From positions 124,001 to 188,000 of the forward strand of contig NW_026250409.1 of the NCBI RefSeq assembly GCF_024521635.1: a stretch of DNA of 64,000 nucleotides. The letters run 5' to 3'. The notes under the pieces were generated by a model, which worked only from the letters and a program-made list of their open reading frames with translations, did not search any database and had not been told where the DNA came from. Of this stretch, positions 44,303-57,173 are shown one piece after another. The position numbers and the translations under genes were made by a program. Each line of letters opens with the position of its first letter. Positions within the stretch are counted from its first letter, which is position 1. Source of the DNA: Tricharina praecox. Its lineage: Eukaryota.

Positions 44303-47130
44303 TAGACCAGGCCGCTGCCAATGCCATGTGTTTTCTCATCTTCTTTCTGTTCTTCGGTTGTTCATCTTTTTTCCTGTTGTTTGCTGGTTCGGTCGTCGGC
44401 GTAAAGGGGCGTTTAAATTCAATTCGACGCGCAAGCAGCTTTGCAGTGTCAATCAATCAATCTACCTCCCATCTTGTGATGCTGGAATACGGTACGAATC
44501 CCTCTGCGATCGGCAATGAGGGGGAGGCACTATGCTGCAGGGTGTTGTTGGGGGGGGAGGGGCAAACCCCTGAACTGGTGGTGAAAGGAAATCTTTCACC
44601 AGACATTAGTGTGCTGCAATGTGCAATGCGTCATCTAGAAGAAAGAAATCCAGCCTGCAAGCACGAATGCATGGAGACGAGACGAGACGAGACAGGATGC
44701 CAGCCAGCCAGTCGTGGTCGGAATCTTGAGCTCCGCGCAGAAGATGAAGATGGAGATGGAGATGAAAAGTGTTTTCCGGGGGAGCCTGGCCTGGCCTGGT
44801 CGCTCAACTCACCCCGCATTCACCAGCTCCCCAGCTGCACCACCACTACAACAACAACCACAGCAAGGTGAAGAGTCTTCCGGCGTCATGCCACCACCAC
44901 CGTTGTATTGTATTGTGTCTACGGTGGCGAGGTTTTTCACGCCACGCCATGGCGGCGGTGGTGGTGGTGGTCCGCATTAATATATCGGATATCATGTAGA
45001 GTATACTATGCAGTACTCTCCTCCTACCCATGTCGACGTCTGCATAGAGCACCATACACACGATACGACACGATATGAGTACACATACGACTTGGTTACT
45101 TACATATGTCCATTGCTCATATGCCACCCCTGCATAATCTGATGCTCATGCTTATGCTTCATGCTGGCCCTTTAGGCTCGTCCCGGTTGGAGATCATACT
45201 CATCTCGCCTATATACACTGGTGGGGAAGTAAAAAGAAAAAGTAAAAAACCTGCTGTGAAGGGAGGGGAGGGGGGAGGAGAGGGGGGCCAATAGTGTTTG
45301 GCGAACGGGTGGGATGGGGGATGGGGGATGGTATGGGATGGGGATGGGATGTGGGATGGGATGTGGGCTAGAGGAACTTGCCTTTGCCTTGGTTACTGCT
45401 GCTGCTGCTGCTGCTGCTGGGCAGAGGGGAGGGAGTATCTTGTGATGGCAGTACCCCGTCTTTTCTTCACGCATGCATGCATAGGTGCATAGGTGTATAC
45501 ATCTATTTGATTGCCAATTGATTGATTGATAGGCCCGGGCTGTGACTTGGAAATATTCTCAAGCGAGTGAGGAGTGAGTGAGTTACGGCGGCGGCGGTTA
45601 ACGCTTCGAGTGCGGAGGATGTGCAAGGTGTATTTACTACTTGGGAGTACCTCCGTGTGATGCTCCGAAGAGTCTAAACAAGTATTCCCACGGCCAAATC
45701 CTGTACCGGTATGTAGAGTAAATACCTCGACTGCTCTTCTCTACACTGCTGGTGATGCCTTACCAAGTACTTAACTTACCTTGGTACTGCACTCAAAGCC
45801 TGGTTCTAGGTAGTAGATACCGTATGTACACCACTCATGGATCGGAATTAAGTATATAGTACCTAACACTGGACCAGATATCATACCCAAGTATTGTACA
45901 CTACATACCAAGTACCAAGTACTCTACCTACATGTCGCCACCACTGTCTCGATATTGTCCTCCTCCACCACCACCACCACCTCCACCACCTCCTCCACCT
46001 CCTCGCTCATCGCTCCACACAGCCCTCCAATCTAAAGCGTATAGCATAGTGCCATATATTCACTCCAGGCTCCAGCCGATTTACGCAGTCCCTGCTAGGT
46101 GTCACTGGTATGTATACGGTACGGTACTATATGTACACAAGTGCGTCTCGGTGATATGTAGGCATCATGTCTAGACCAGGGGGGCGAGATGTGCTGTCAT
46201 CCACGTGCTGCTGGGGCATGGCATGTCCCACAGTCTTACAGTCTTACAGAACCACGGTCCCGAACCACTACTTTACTTTGCGAGGCGTGGTTGTTTGGGT
46301 AAGTAGGTAATCAGGTAACCAAGTAACTTGCTCTAGTACGTGAGTATAGTACCGTAGATGGTGGAGTATAGAGTGATTCGGTACTTGGGTACTTGAGTAC
46401 TTCTTACATACTAGTAGCTACGGTACGGTAGTATGTAGAGCAAACGCCGTGGGATGTCTCATCGAGGTACCCGAGTAGGTATGGCCACCGGGATTTCGGT
46501 CTCTCTCTCTCTCTCTTTCTCGTACTCGGTACCGGGACCGCATTATCCTCTACTAGTACCGGTATGTAGCCACCTACGGCACTCCACCCTACCGTAGTTA
46601 CATACATGCGAGCAGCTAGTAAACGACGTATCTAACGTGGTTGCTCGGGATGCGTCAATTGCCGAGCTGAGGTGAGCAGAAGTGAATTGCTTGTTTCCAC
46701 GCCGCGCCCCCATCCCCTCCCCCATCCCCGTGTGCGCTAGTTAGTTAATTGCATATCATTCCCCCTCCCTCCCTCCACAACAACGGCTCGATATGCTGGA
46801 CTTGCTTCAGCCACCAGGGGATACCTTCAGGGGATAGATACGATCGGATATTTGTGAAACCGCTCCGTTCCGCCGGTGGCCTTTCTGTGCCGGCACGGGG
46901 CACGAGTGCTGATGAGTGATGGGGCCAGTGGGCATGATGGCGGTGATGATGATGATGATGATGCTGATGAGTATTATGATGATGAGGGACTCCCGCGTCC
47001 GCGGGATCCTTCTCATCTCATCTCGCTCGACACCATTGCACCATGGCACCAGGTGAATCCCTAGGTGCAACCAGCTACATCCTAGTAACCTCTGACATTT
47101 TTACCGATGAATCCGAAACGCACCGTCGAT

Positions 47131-47195
47131 GCTTCCTTCTCTCCTTCTCTCCTTCTCTCCTTCTCTCCTTCTCTCCTTCTCTCCTTCTCTTCTCC
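47131..47195. repeat. (CTCCTTCT)n 8-bp tandem repeat
   Basis: About 7 consecutive units, read directly. Confidence 0.8.
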
Positions 47196-48038
47196 ACGCT
47201 TTTTCTGAGCTCCCCCTTCCCCCTCAAATCTCTCTTCCAACTTCCCAAGCTCTCGGGAATCAGAAGAAGTTAACACCCTGCACATCTCAGCGTCATGGAC
47301 GCGTGGCATGGTTGGTGGGTGAGCCGGTGGGTGAGCTGGGAGGGAAGGTTCCCAGGTCCCTCCCTCCCTTTACTGCACATATTGGCATATTGCCTGGGCG
47401 GAGATCAAACGGGGAACGTGGCAGGTTGATAATATTATTCTAGAGTGTATATCATGATGTGGCCCGCACGATTATATAGGCAGACTATTGTATTGTCGGA
47501 GGCTTTAGTTAACACCTATCTCGACACGGATGGAAGGCGGACACCCTCATACTTCATCTTCGGTTTGTCCTAGAGAGAGAGAGGCGGGCGGAATAGATAT
47601 GGCTCATGTGATGCTCTCCTCATCTTACTTATCTCGATGTATACCGTACGGGGTTATGATCAGGCCGATGATCACCTTGAATGCTGGTGGTGGTGGCGGC
47701 CTTGCCCTGGTTGTGCTCGCCTGACTGCGGGTTTTAATTTTTTTTCTGGCTCTGATGGGCATTCATTAGGGAGGATGGATATCTGGGATATCCGGGAGCT
47801 GTAGAGTAGGTATCGAGTCCATGCGCACGTGATGCTGCGGATTCCTTTGAATTCCTAGAGATTGTCGGGGTTGATCAGGAGGAGGAGGCTGTGGCCAGCC
47901 AGCCAGACTGGGGGGTGGGAAGGGGGGTTTCGTGCTGGGCAATACCTCCCCAGTAGGTTAGGCATTCGGACAGGGCTTTTATCCAAAGCATCTCAGCGAG
48001 CGCCGTGTGCACCCAGACTCCCAGTGCGCACTGCCCAC

Positions 48039-49399
48039 CGCCCCCGATCGGAATCTTTTCTAGCGGCCGCAACGCTAAAGTTTAGCGTGTGGCACAACAT
48101 GGGTGGGTGTGGCTGTCGCCTGTTGAAGAGTCGTCGCCCTGTCCAGAGTACCAACATCGTCCGCCCAACGCTGTCGTCCGCCCAACACCATCGCCCGCCC
48201 AACACCATCGCCCGCCCAACACCATCGCCCGCCCAACACCATCGCCCGCCCAACACCATCGCCCGCCCAACACCATCGCCCGCCCAACACCATCGCCCGC
48301 CCAACACCATCGCCCGCCCAACACCATCGTCCGCACAGCACAACCGTCATATGTTGCAAATTCCTCGGCACACCGACTCTTGTCCTTCAAACAATCAAAT
48401 CGAAGATTATCACTGTCATCACAAAAAATTCAGATCTTTGTAGCGATTACTCGTTCTATAGTACAATTATTCTAGAAGAAATATTTACAACTCCCATGGG
48501 CCTTTCTAAAATCCCTCCGGCCGTAAATTTACCAATGGTGCCATGATAAGTATGTAGTTTCCTCCATCAACTCATGCGTGCCATATCTAGGTGATATGTC
48601 GTACCTAGTTATTCTTCGATGACAGAGATTCAGTTGAATTGCCTCTATCCGTTCATTATCTTGTACTGGTGCTTCAACAACACCTCCCACTAATACTACC
48701 AATCAAATCGTCTCATACACAGCTGTTTCAAGCCCATCAATATGAATATACTGTTGCTAGACATCAGGTTAAAACCTCCGTTTCGGTTTCCAAGTGAAAA
48801 TAAAATATGAGCAGCGGAATAGGTAGTTCTCGACTTCTGTCGCGATCAGCTGACTTTTTCGCCGTGCAACTGGTTTCAAAATGGTAACTGTGGTAATGTT
48901 TGATTTCGCGTTCGAGAATAACGGTAGGATGCAGTCCGATGAGTTGACGCGTCAATTTGACAGTAACCGGACACTGATCATTATCACGAATGCTGCTAGT
49001 TCTGTGTTGGATCGGATTGTCATCGACCCGGGGCTGGATACTGCTCCGTTCTGCTGTATTCCTATTTCGAAACGCGTAGACACTGCACACCAACGGCCCA
49101 ACTTCGTTGAATTGATCCACAGGTAAATAAGCGGATTTATCTAACTGAAAGAGCTGCTTCTTTCAATACGACGCATACCTAGTGTGGGAGAGAAGTCATA
49201 CCGGAAGACATTTGGTTGAAGTTATTTGGATATGGTGATGGTGGTAGGTAGTAGGAATGGTTGGTGATTACGGTACAGACACGGAACTCAGGGGTGAAAA
49301 CCTTTCTTCGCTGCAGGCACGTGACTCTTCGCCACAGCCACACACCTTTTTGGGGCTTAGCGTTGTGGCCGTTAGAAAAGATTCCCCCCGATCAGGGCG
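48039..49399 (-). mobile_element. Degenerate Mutator-like (MULE) DNA transposon relic with terminal inverted repeats
   Basis: 48039-48132 and 49323-49399 are imperfect inverted repeats with a 26/28 core (GAATCTTTTCTAGCGGCCGCAACGCTAA vs GAATCTTTTCTAACGGCCACAACGCTAA). The internal minus-strand frame RTSSIRDNDQCPVTVKLTR..VILERE..HYHSYHFETS..KKS resembles the N-terminal C..HxH region of fungal MULE transposases. The interior is AT-richer and riddled with stops. Confidence 0.6.
48164..48333. repeat. 17-bp minisatellite (CCCAACACCATCGCCCG)x9 plus a degenerate copy
   Basis: Units start at 48181, 48198 ... 48317, with no spacers between them. Confidence 0.95.
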
Positions 49400-50538
49400 T
49401 CTCGTTTCAGCTGCTGAAAATCGCCGATAGATCCGCAGGCCCCCTTTCCCCGTCCCCCCGTCCCCCGTCCCCCCGTCCCCCCAACGGAGATGCCGCAGCC
49501 GTTACGGCCAAGGGGCCTGGGGGGACGGTAGATATGTCCATTTGCAGCGTTTCTGGCGCTGTCTCTCCGGTCGTTCGTTCGTCACACAACACACCCACCC
49601 ACACTCCACACACACACACAACCCACACACACACAAGCACTCACGCACTCGCTTACAGCGATCCTCCCCCTGTAGATTCTCCAGTTTCTCGGCGTGCCTC
49701 CGCGGCTTGTGATTCGCTGTCGTACACACCTACGCTACCCAGTCAATATTGCGGGGTAAACTGACTTCCGGCCTACATGCGATGCCTAAGTACAAGGTAG
49801 TTAGTCTTCTTTCGCCAGACCAGCCAGCCTGCCAGCCAGCCAGACAGCCTGGCGCCGAAACTACCTCCCCCCTCCACCCTCCGCCCCCCCCATCCCTCCC
49901 CCAGACTTTGTAGAGTACCCTACATACCCTACCGACAGCTCTAGTTTACATCCTCCCCCCCAACCCACCCCTTTGCCCTTCGCCCTTTACACACGAGCAC
50001 GGCCAAACCCCAGCGGAAAAGAGATATGCCGGGGTGGTTTAGAGTGCTCTCCGGAGAAATCACACTTGTTGTCGCAGCATCATCGCCTGCTAACCGCATC
50101 CTCGCTCGTGGACGTGGTGGTGGAGGTGTAAGTGGAGGTGGTGCTGTTGGTGGTTGCAGCGGTGGTCCCGCAGCAGCAAATGAAGAAGCTGCTGCTACCG
50201 ATCCTCCCTGCCGTCATACGCACCGGCTACCGCCACTACTACCACCACCCTACAAGTCTTAAGTCCCCCCAGACGTCTTCAGGTCCTGCATCCCATCCCA
50301 ACTTCTTTGCAGCAGCAGCAGAACCAACAGCAGCATCATCTCTCGCACCGCTGCAGCACCACCATTACCATTACCACTGCCACCAGCAGCAGCAGCGGCA
50401 GTCAACTTCACCTCATCTTCCTCCCACACCTCCTTCCTTCCATCCAACCACAATCACCACCGCACGCGCAACATCAACACCAACAATACCAACAACAACA
50501 ACACCAGATCTGGAGCACTGTCCGAGAATTCCGCAGCC

Positions 50539-52057
50539 ATGAGAATCGCTTGTTTACAGGTATGTACGTCCGAGTACACACACGGCCCCCAGACGTTGCC
50601 TACGGTACATACATACACGCGTGCACACACACACATACGTGCCTCCCCGAGCCCGTCCGGACCGGCCAGCCTGCACTCCTTTCCCGGGGGACTGGTCCAG
50701 CCGACTAGCTTTTCAAGCTCTTGGACATTCTCTCGCCTTTATTACCCAATACTTATCTCACTACATCTTTTTTTTGGTTCCCGCTTTGCAACATATATGT
50801 TGTGATCCCCTCACGGCAGTTCGATATATCAAAAATAAATGTCAAATACGAAAAGGAAAAGGAAAGCTGATGAGACAATCGATGTAGTTCAATCCACAAC
50901 TGGGCAATATAGCTCATAATCTGAAGAGGGCCGAAGCTGTCCTCCAGAGAGCGGCTCCCGTGGGCTTGGACCTGCTCGTTCTCCCAGAAATGGCTTTTTC
51001 GGGTATGTGTGTGCGGGTTTCATTCATTTTTGATCCTATTACCTCCCGGTGCTTTGTCTTGTCCTGCCCTGTCCCACGAATCCACCCGCTCCGGCAGCCT
51101 TGCTTCTCCCCGTCATCAGTGCGAGGAGCAATGCGTGGATATCCACGGCAGTCCTGTCCAACTGAAACCCACCATACGTCAGACGTCCCCCGGTAGTTTG
51201 TCACTGACATGTATCCTAGGTTACAACTTCCAATCGATGCAAGAAATCAGCTTCCACCTCGAACCTACAGCCGCAGGTCCCACGACGGTATGGGCACGGA
51301 GCATTGCGCGGCGGCTCGGCTGCCATGTAATAGTCGGATATCCCGAATACTGCGCACACTCGCCATCTGCTCCCCAAGGCTCGATATCACGATACAACTC
51401 AGCGGTGCTGGTTTCACCGAAAGGAAACGTACTGGTCAATTACCGGAAGAGCTTCCTGTATACGACGGATGAGTCTTGGGCCGAGGAGGGACGGGGGTTC
51501 TACGCAGGCGATATCCCGGGAGGTGTCGGCAAGATGTCGATGGGAATATGTTGGTACCCCCGGATGCATATGACGAGAAATTGAGGCGTCCAATCATATG
51601 GCACGAGTGCTGACCCGTGAACGCGAACACAGGCATGGATCTCAACCCCAAAAACTTTGTGGCACCTTTCGAGGAGTACGAATTCGCCAACCACGTCCTA
51701 GACTCCGGGTCAAGCCTTGCCGTGGTTCCCATGGCATGGTTGACAATGCAGACGCCCGAGTCAATCATCGAGCAAGCGCAGGTTCCCGACGCTGACACGT
51801 TGGCGTATTGGATTCGGCGGCTACAACCCGTACTGGAACGGTCTACTGTTGTCCCGGGGGAGACCATCTTCGTCACTTGCAATAGGATCGGCTTCGAGGG
51901 CGATGCCGTGTTCGCGGGTACTTCCACCATCGTTGGCATCGAGCGAGGGAACGTCAAGGTATACGGATGTCTGGGCAGGGGAACAGAAGACCTGCTGGTA
52001 TGTGACGTCCCGGGCGCAAAATTCGGTGGCGTGGATATGAGCCCCAGGAGAAGGTAG
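50539..52057 (+). CDS. NTA1: Protein N-terminal Asn/Gln amidase (nitrilase fold), 4 exons
   Basis: MRIACLQ|FNPQLG..DLLVLPEMAFS|GYNF..VIVGYPE..YNSAVLV..NYRKSFLYTTDESWAEEG..GI|CMDLNP..EFAN..MAWL..YWIRRL..CNRIG..FAGTS. The Glu-Lys-Cys triad is intact. Confidence 0.93.
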
Positions 52058-52667
52058 CCGGCATGGCATCGCTGGAGAAACAATCACCCATTCGTCTTAT
52101 CACCACATTACACGCAACGTTGGGCGGGCACACCACATCACATCCACACCTACCTACGAACCTTTTCCTGCCCTCACCCGCCGCCCGAACCCAGGTTGAA
52201 CCTTGGCTTTGGCATCGGTGATTCTGGACATGTCATCAACATCCTTCCGTCTTCCGTCCGTCGGATATGCACAGCACATCAGAAGCGGGTATTCGTGCAC
52301 CTTTACCTTTTTTTCATTTTCTTTTCTTCTTCGTTTCTTTTTTCTCATCGTATCCTACTCACTCTTCCTGTGGTCATTTCATTCATGGAGGCCGGGGTTT
52401 TTATTTGCCTTTCATGGTTTGGTTTGGTTTTCTGTGTGCGTTGGCGTTTTGCTTTCCGTTATTTTTTTGGTATCAGTGTAGGGGGTTGCATATGGATGGA
52501 TGGATGGCCGCGGACTGGTCCTTTTGTTTTACGGTTACCTGATGGTGATGGCATGCGCATGGGCGTTGACGGTGGTGGTATGGGGATGGTTTCGTACATG
52601 ATAGTAGTTTGAGTGGAATTGAATCGTAATGTTGTGCTGTATTGTGTTGTGTTGTGTTGGCGACGGA

Positions 52668-52722
52668 AGGGAGTGAGTGAGGGAGTGAGTGAGGGAGTGA
52701 GTGAGGGAGTGAGTGAGGGAGT
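52668..52722. repeat. (GGGAGTGAGTGA)n 12-bp tandem repeat
   Basis: About 4.5 units. Confidence 0.85.
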
Positions 52723-53304
52723 GTCAATGGGATCAGCCGGTGGACAGCTGGTGGACAGCTGGCTCGTATACAGATGTTGACAGCAGTATGGGAACCCAGC
52801 AGCTTCATGTAGTCAGTCTGTAGAAGCCCGAAGGACACTACCATCCGTCCCGGGATATCCTGGCAGTAACTGGAAGGGTTTTTCTTCTTCTACTTCTTCT
52901 TCGAAGGGTGGTGATCTGGGTTCGACCCTGTTGGATACCTCGCAGCGCAAGGTAAGGATGGACGATCTATCCTTCCAGCCTGTCCAGTCCAGTCCGCACC
53001 CGCGAGCTCGGAGCTTGGAGCGCGCAGTAGCCTGTAGGTACCGGTGGGACAGACAGAAAGACAGCAGGCCGACAACGACGAGGAGGAAGACGACGAAGTT
53101 GCTGAAATGATGGGATCTGGGGTCGAGGGTAACTCCGGTGCCGTCAACATCTCACGGGTGAGGATGAGGGGTTGCTCGAGTTGGAGATGTCGCAGTTTCG
53201 TGAATAGGGAGTGAAGGGCAGTGAAGTGATGGGGAGCGAAGTGAAGTGAGAGTGAATGGGAGTCAAGTGAATGGGAGGTGAGCGAGTGGTTCCCGATCGC
53301 TCTG

Positions 53305-53384
53305 GGGTTGAATGGGGGTTGAATGGAGGTTGAATGGGGGTTGAATGGGGGTTGAATGGAGGTTGAATGGGGTTTGAATGGGGG
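53305..53384. repeat. 11-bp tandem repeat (GGGTTGAATGG)n
   Basis: About 7 units with G/A variants. Confidence 0.85.
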
Positions 53385-55709
53385 AGGAAGGATGATCGCA
53401 TCGAACGCATCGACGCTAGACATAGTCGTGAGCGGTTGTAGATCATGATCCGCCGGGAAAGCGGTGCGGAGCGGGGGGATCGCTGCTCTCCTCTTCCTTT
53501 CCCTCACTACCCAACCCACCCACCTACGAGCCCAGGTTAGTTTTCGTCCGTCCATGATCCATGGGCGTTTGTCACGGATATTCAGACCAGCAGACCACCA
53601 CATCCACACATCCACCCACTCCCCATCCACCGTCACAGCCCATCCACATATCCACCCACCTACCAAGCCATCCTCCCAGACCAGCCCAGCCCAGACAACC
53701 GTGATGTGTGGGTATGTTGCGCACCATAGTGCACCGTTCACACCCGTCACCCGTCCCCGTCCTCCGCACCGCACCGGTCCGCACTTAGTTACGGTAGTTT
53801 ATGTTTCACCCCAGCCCAGTCCTTGAAGCTATCCCTTCCCCACCATCCAAGCTATCCCTCCCTCTAAGCTACCACCCTTCCAAGCTACCACCCCTCCAAG
53901 CTAACACCACCCACCCCATCCCACTCCTACCCTCCTCCTCCTCCTCCTCCTCCTCTCAGAGCGGCGTACTCACCACGCATCCATCTATCCGCCTGCTCCC
54001 GCCTGCTCGCCTGCTCGCCAATAGACTATTCAGCAATACCACCACGAGTTGCTTACTCTACCGTCTCCCCCTCCCTCTCCCCCTCCATTCCCCCCCACAT
54101 CCACCCCTCCATCATTCCCCCGTTATCCACTCCAGTACACAGAAAAACAAACCCCACACTACTACCTATACCACCTACTACCTATACCACCACCTACCTA
54201 GTAGTTAACCAACTGATGCGCCGCAGCTAGTTACTCTGTGAAGGAACATACCGCAGCGCTGACCAGGTATGATGCGCATAGGTAGGGGAGGGGAGGGGAG
54301 GGGTACATCAATAAAGCGGAGCTCTGAAACATCAAAGCTACCTAGCTAACTAGCCCATCAGAAGGCGGGGGGATGGGGGGGAGGGAGGAGGGGTGGCATG
54401 TGAATCATCCCATCCCATCCTTCCCATCCTCCTGAAGAGAGAGGATGTAAGTAGGTGTGGGTGGCCGCTGTCGAGCGCACTTCCCTCCCCCTCCCCCCCC
54501 GGGCCCTGGGAAACAAGAGTCAAGAGTCAAGAGAGCTAGCTAGCTAGCTAAGCTAGGTACCGGGGCTAGCCAGCTAGTGGGTATGATAATTATAAAATCG
54601 GCGGTTACGAAAACCGCACAGTGCACAGTGCACAGGCCATGTACGGTAGTTATCTTGCTATCTACTCTGCCTACTAGGTATATCCGAGTCTAAGTCGGAG
54701 TCCCATGATCACCACGTGTGTGTGTGTGTTTCGCTACGGAGTCTTGACGTCTTTGTCGTTGTCGTTGTTGTTAGTGGGGGGAGTTTATCTCAAGGGCGAG
54801 TGCTCAGTAGTTAGACTGGGGGCAGCCCTGGGCCCCGTAAATAGACTGAGACTTGCAAGTTCGTTTGTTCCCGCCCCTCCGCGCCCCGCCCCAAACCAGA
54901 CGGAGATCGTATCGTAAATCGGAAGGACGCACCGATTGCGAATCAGCCTTGTTTCGTTCTTGGCTGCACTTTCGCACCCGCTCCTCGAAACCGCCCTCCG
55001 CCTCGGGGGAGGGGGTGCCGGTCATGTGATACCCCTGGGGGGGGGGGGGGTGATCCTCCTGTTGGGGGGACGGGGGGAGGGCAGGTAGACGCGATAAGCG
55101 CGGACTCTAGTTAGTTCTACTGGGTTCTACTGGCTAGGCTGAGCTGGCAGTGGCGGCGGTGGCTATGCGGCGGCGGCGGCATATGATCATCCGATGGTTC
55201 GGACGTTCTTGGTGTCTCGCCCGTCTCGCTGCCTCGGTGGCGAAAACCTTACTCTACTCGTGGAGGCTTGAGGCTTGAGGGCGGGGGTTTCGGTGATAAC
55301 TGGCAGCCTTGGTGGCGGGCGAGGGCGGCGATTGTAGTGGCGAGCGGCAGGTATTGAGAGTCGAGCAAGCTGGGAGGGCCTGCCCTATTGCTGCTAGAAC
55401 TTTAGGTATGGTGGATCTTCTGCTGATATGAATCTTGAGATGTACCAGTACCTACTACCGTACTCGAGCTCCACGTTAGAATAGGTACTTGATACATACA
55501 TCTTGAGGTATCATACATCCTAAATACACAGTTACTCACCTAAGTATACCAGCAATATTTACATCCCCTCCCAGATGGGCACTGTCCATCCGCCGAGTCC
55601 ATCCGCCGTGGCTCTACCTAGTACCCACTGCCCAGAGCACCCACCTAGAGCACCAATTCCCTTTCGATTCCCTTTCGATTCCCTTTTCGATTCCCAATCC
55701 GGTAAATTA

Positions 55710-55832
55710 ACCACAATTACCTCCATTATCCCACAATTACCACAATTACCTCGAATTATCCTCCATTATCCTCCATTATCCCCCCTCCCCATTTCCCCCA
55801 TTATCCCCCATTTCCAATTATCCCAATTATCC
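55710..55832. repeat. Degenerate CCA(A)TTA(T/C)C tandem repeat
   Basis: Repeated ccacaattac / ccattatcc units. Confidence 0.65.
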
Positions 55833-56492
55833 CGCTCATTCCCAGTATTCACCGCAATACCCGGTTCCCCCCATCCCCCCTCCCGTGCCCATTCACCCCC
55901 ATTCACCCCCGTGCCATCCCCATCCCCCGTGCTAGATATGATCCCTCGAGATCTATCCATCCGATCATCCACATCTTGTGCACATCCCCACCTCCCATCC
56001 GCTCCGTCCCTTCCCATCCATCCGCCCCCGCCCCGCAGGCCGTCCCACAACGGGTAAAATAAAAACACAAAAAGTAAAATTCTCATTCTATTCACCGCCT
56101 ACGACCGAGCATCAACCAACCATACAAAGGATCCATCAGGGCGGGACAAGACACGGGAAGGAGAGATAGGTACGGCCAACCTGCGCGGCCGCCCCCCCCC
56201 CCCCCCCCCAAGCAAAACCAAACCGAAAAGGAAGCAAAACAGCACTGCACTCGGGGCAAAATGCACAGGGACGATCGATCACAAAAAAAGAGGTAGCCCA
56301 TGTTAGGAGCCCATGTAGGAGCGCGGCTGCGGGCACATATGGATGGATGGATGGATGGATGGATGGATGGTTGAGTGAGTAAATAAAAAAAACCGACAAA
56401 AGATACGGCAAAAATAAAAAACCAAAAACCAAAAAATCAAATTCCCCACCCAGAAAAGAATTAACCCGTACCGGTACCCAGCCAAGTTCACT

Positions 56493-56523
<31 letters not shown>

Positions 56524-57173
56524 CGAACGAACGGAAAGAAGATAAAGTAACCACTATCAAAGCTAGATGAACCGAACTGAACCCCGAGGACCTCAAAGAC
56601 AAAACGCCAGGGAGAGAGTTGGACAGGAAAATACACGGTGAGAAAAGATACGTCAAGGTGGATGGATAACCAGCCAGGTGACATGTGCCGCCACTCGAAC
56701 AACTACCAACACAGGGAAAAGAAAGGAAAAATACAGAACGTAGGGTGCGCAGAAATCAAGGAGCAGCAGTAGTAGCAGCGGCAGAGTAAGATGGAAAAAA
56801 TCCCCGCCGTGTACAAAAGAAAAAAAAAGGAAAATGAAAAAGAGAAAAAGAGAAAAAAAGAAAATAAGAAAAAAATTAATACAACGCCGAAGCAGCAGCA
56901 GCCGATCGTATCTCTCCATCTTCCAAGAAGTTCAACTTGCACCCGAACAACTGACCCCTCCAAACACAACTGAACTTTGAAGGATGATCGTAAATTTATA
57001 TCGTTGTGACAACCGTTATACTCGTAGTAGTCGCCATTTTCGTGCCCATAAGATTATACGAACCGGACCACCATTTTCTCTGTCTGGGATCGAATCCGAA
57101 CACATTATTCAAGTTCCTTCCCTTTTCGGATTCGATCCACCCTGGCCGTGTCCGAAAGTGTTGATCCTGCGGG

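Noticed and set aside
48164..48333. CRISPR-like array
   Set aside because: The 17-bp units are head-to-tail with no unique spacers, there are no cas genes, and the context is eukaryotic.
53305..53384. Telomere-like repeat
   Set aside because: The unit is GGGTTGAATGG rather than TTAGGG, and the array is short and internal.
52890..53774. 294-aa minus-strand ORF
   Set aside because: It has a non-ATG start and is built from tandem and low-complexity repeats with no domain.
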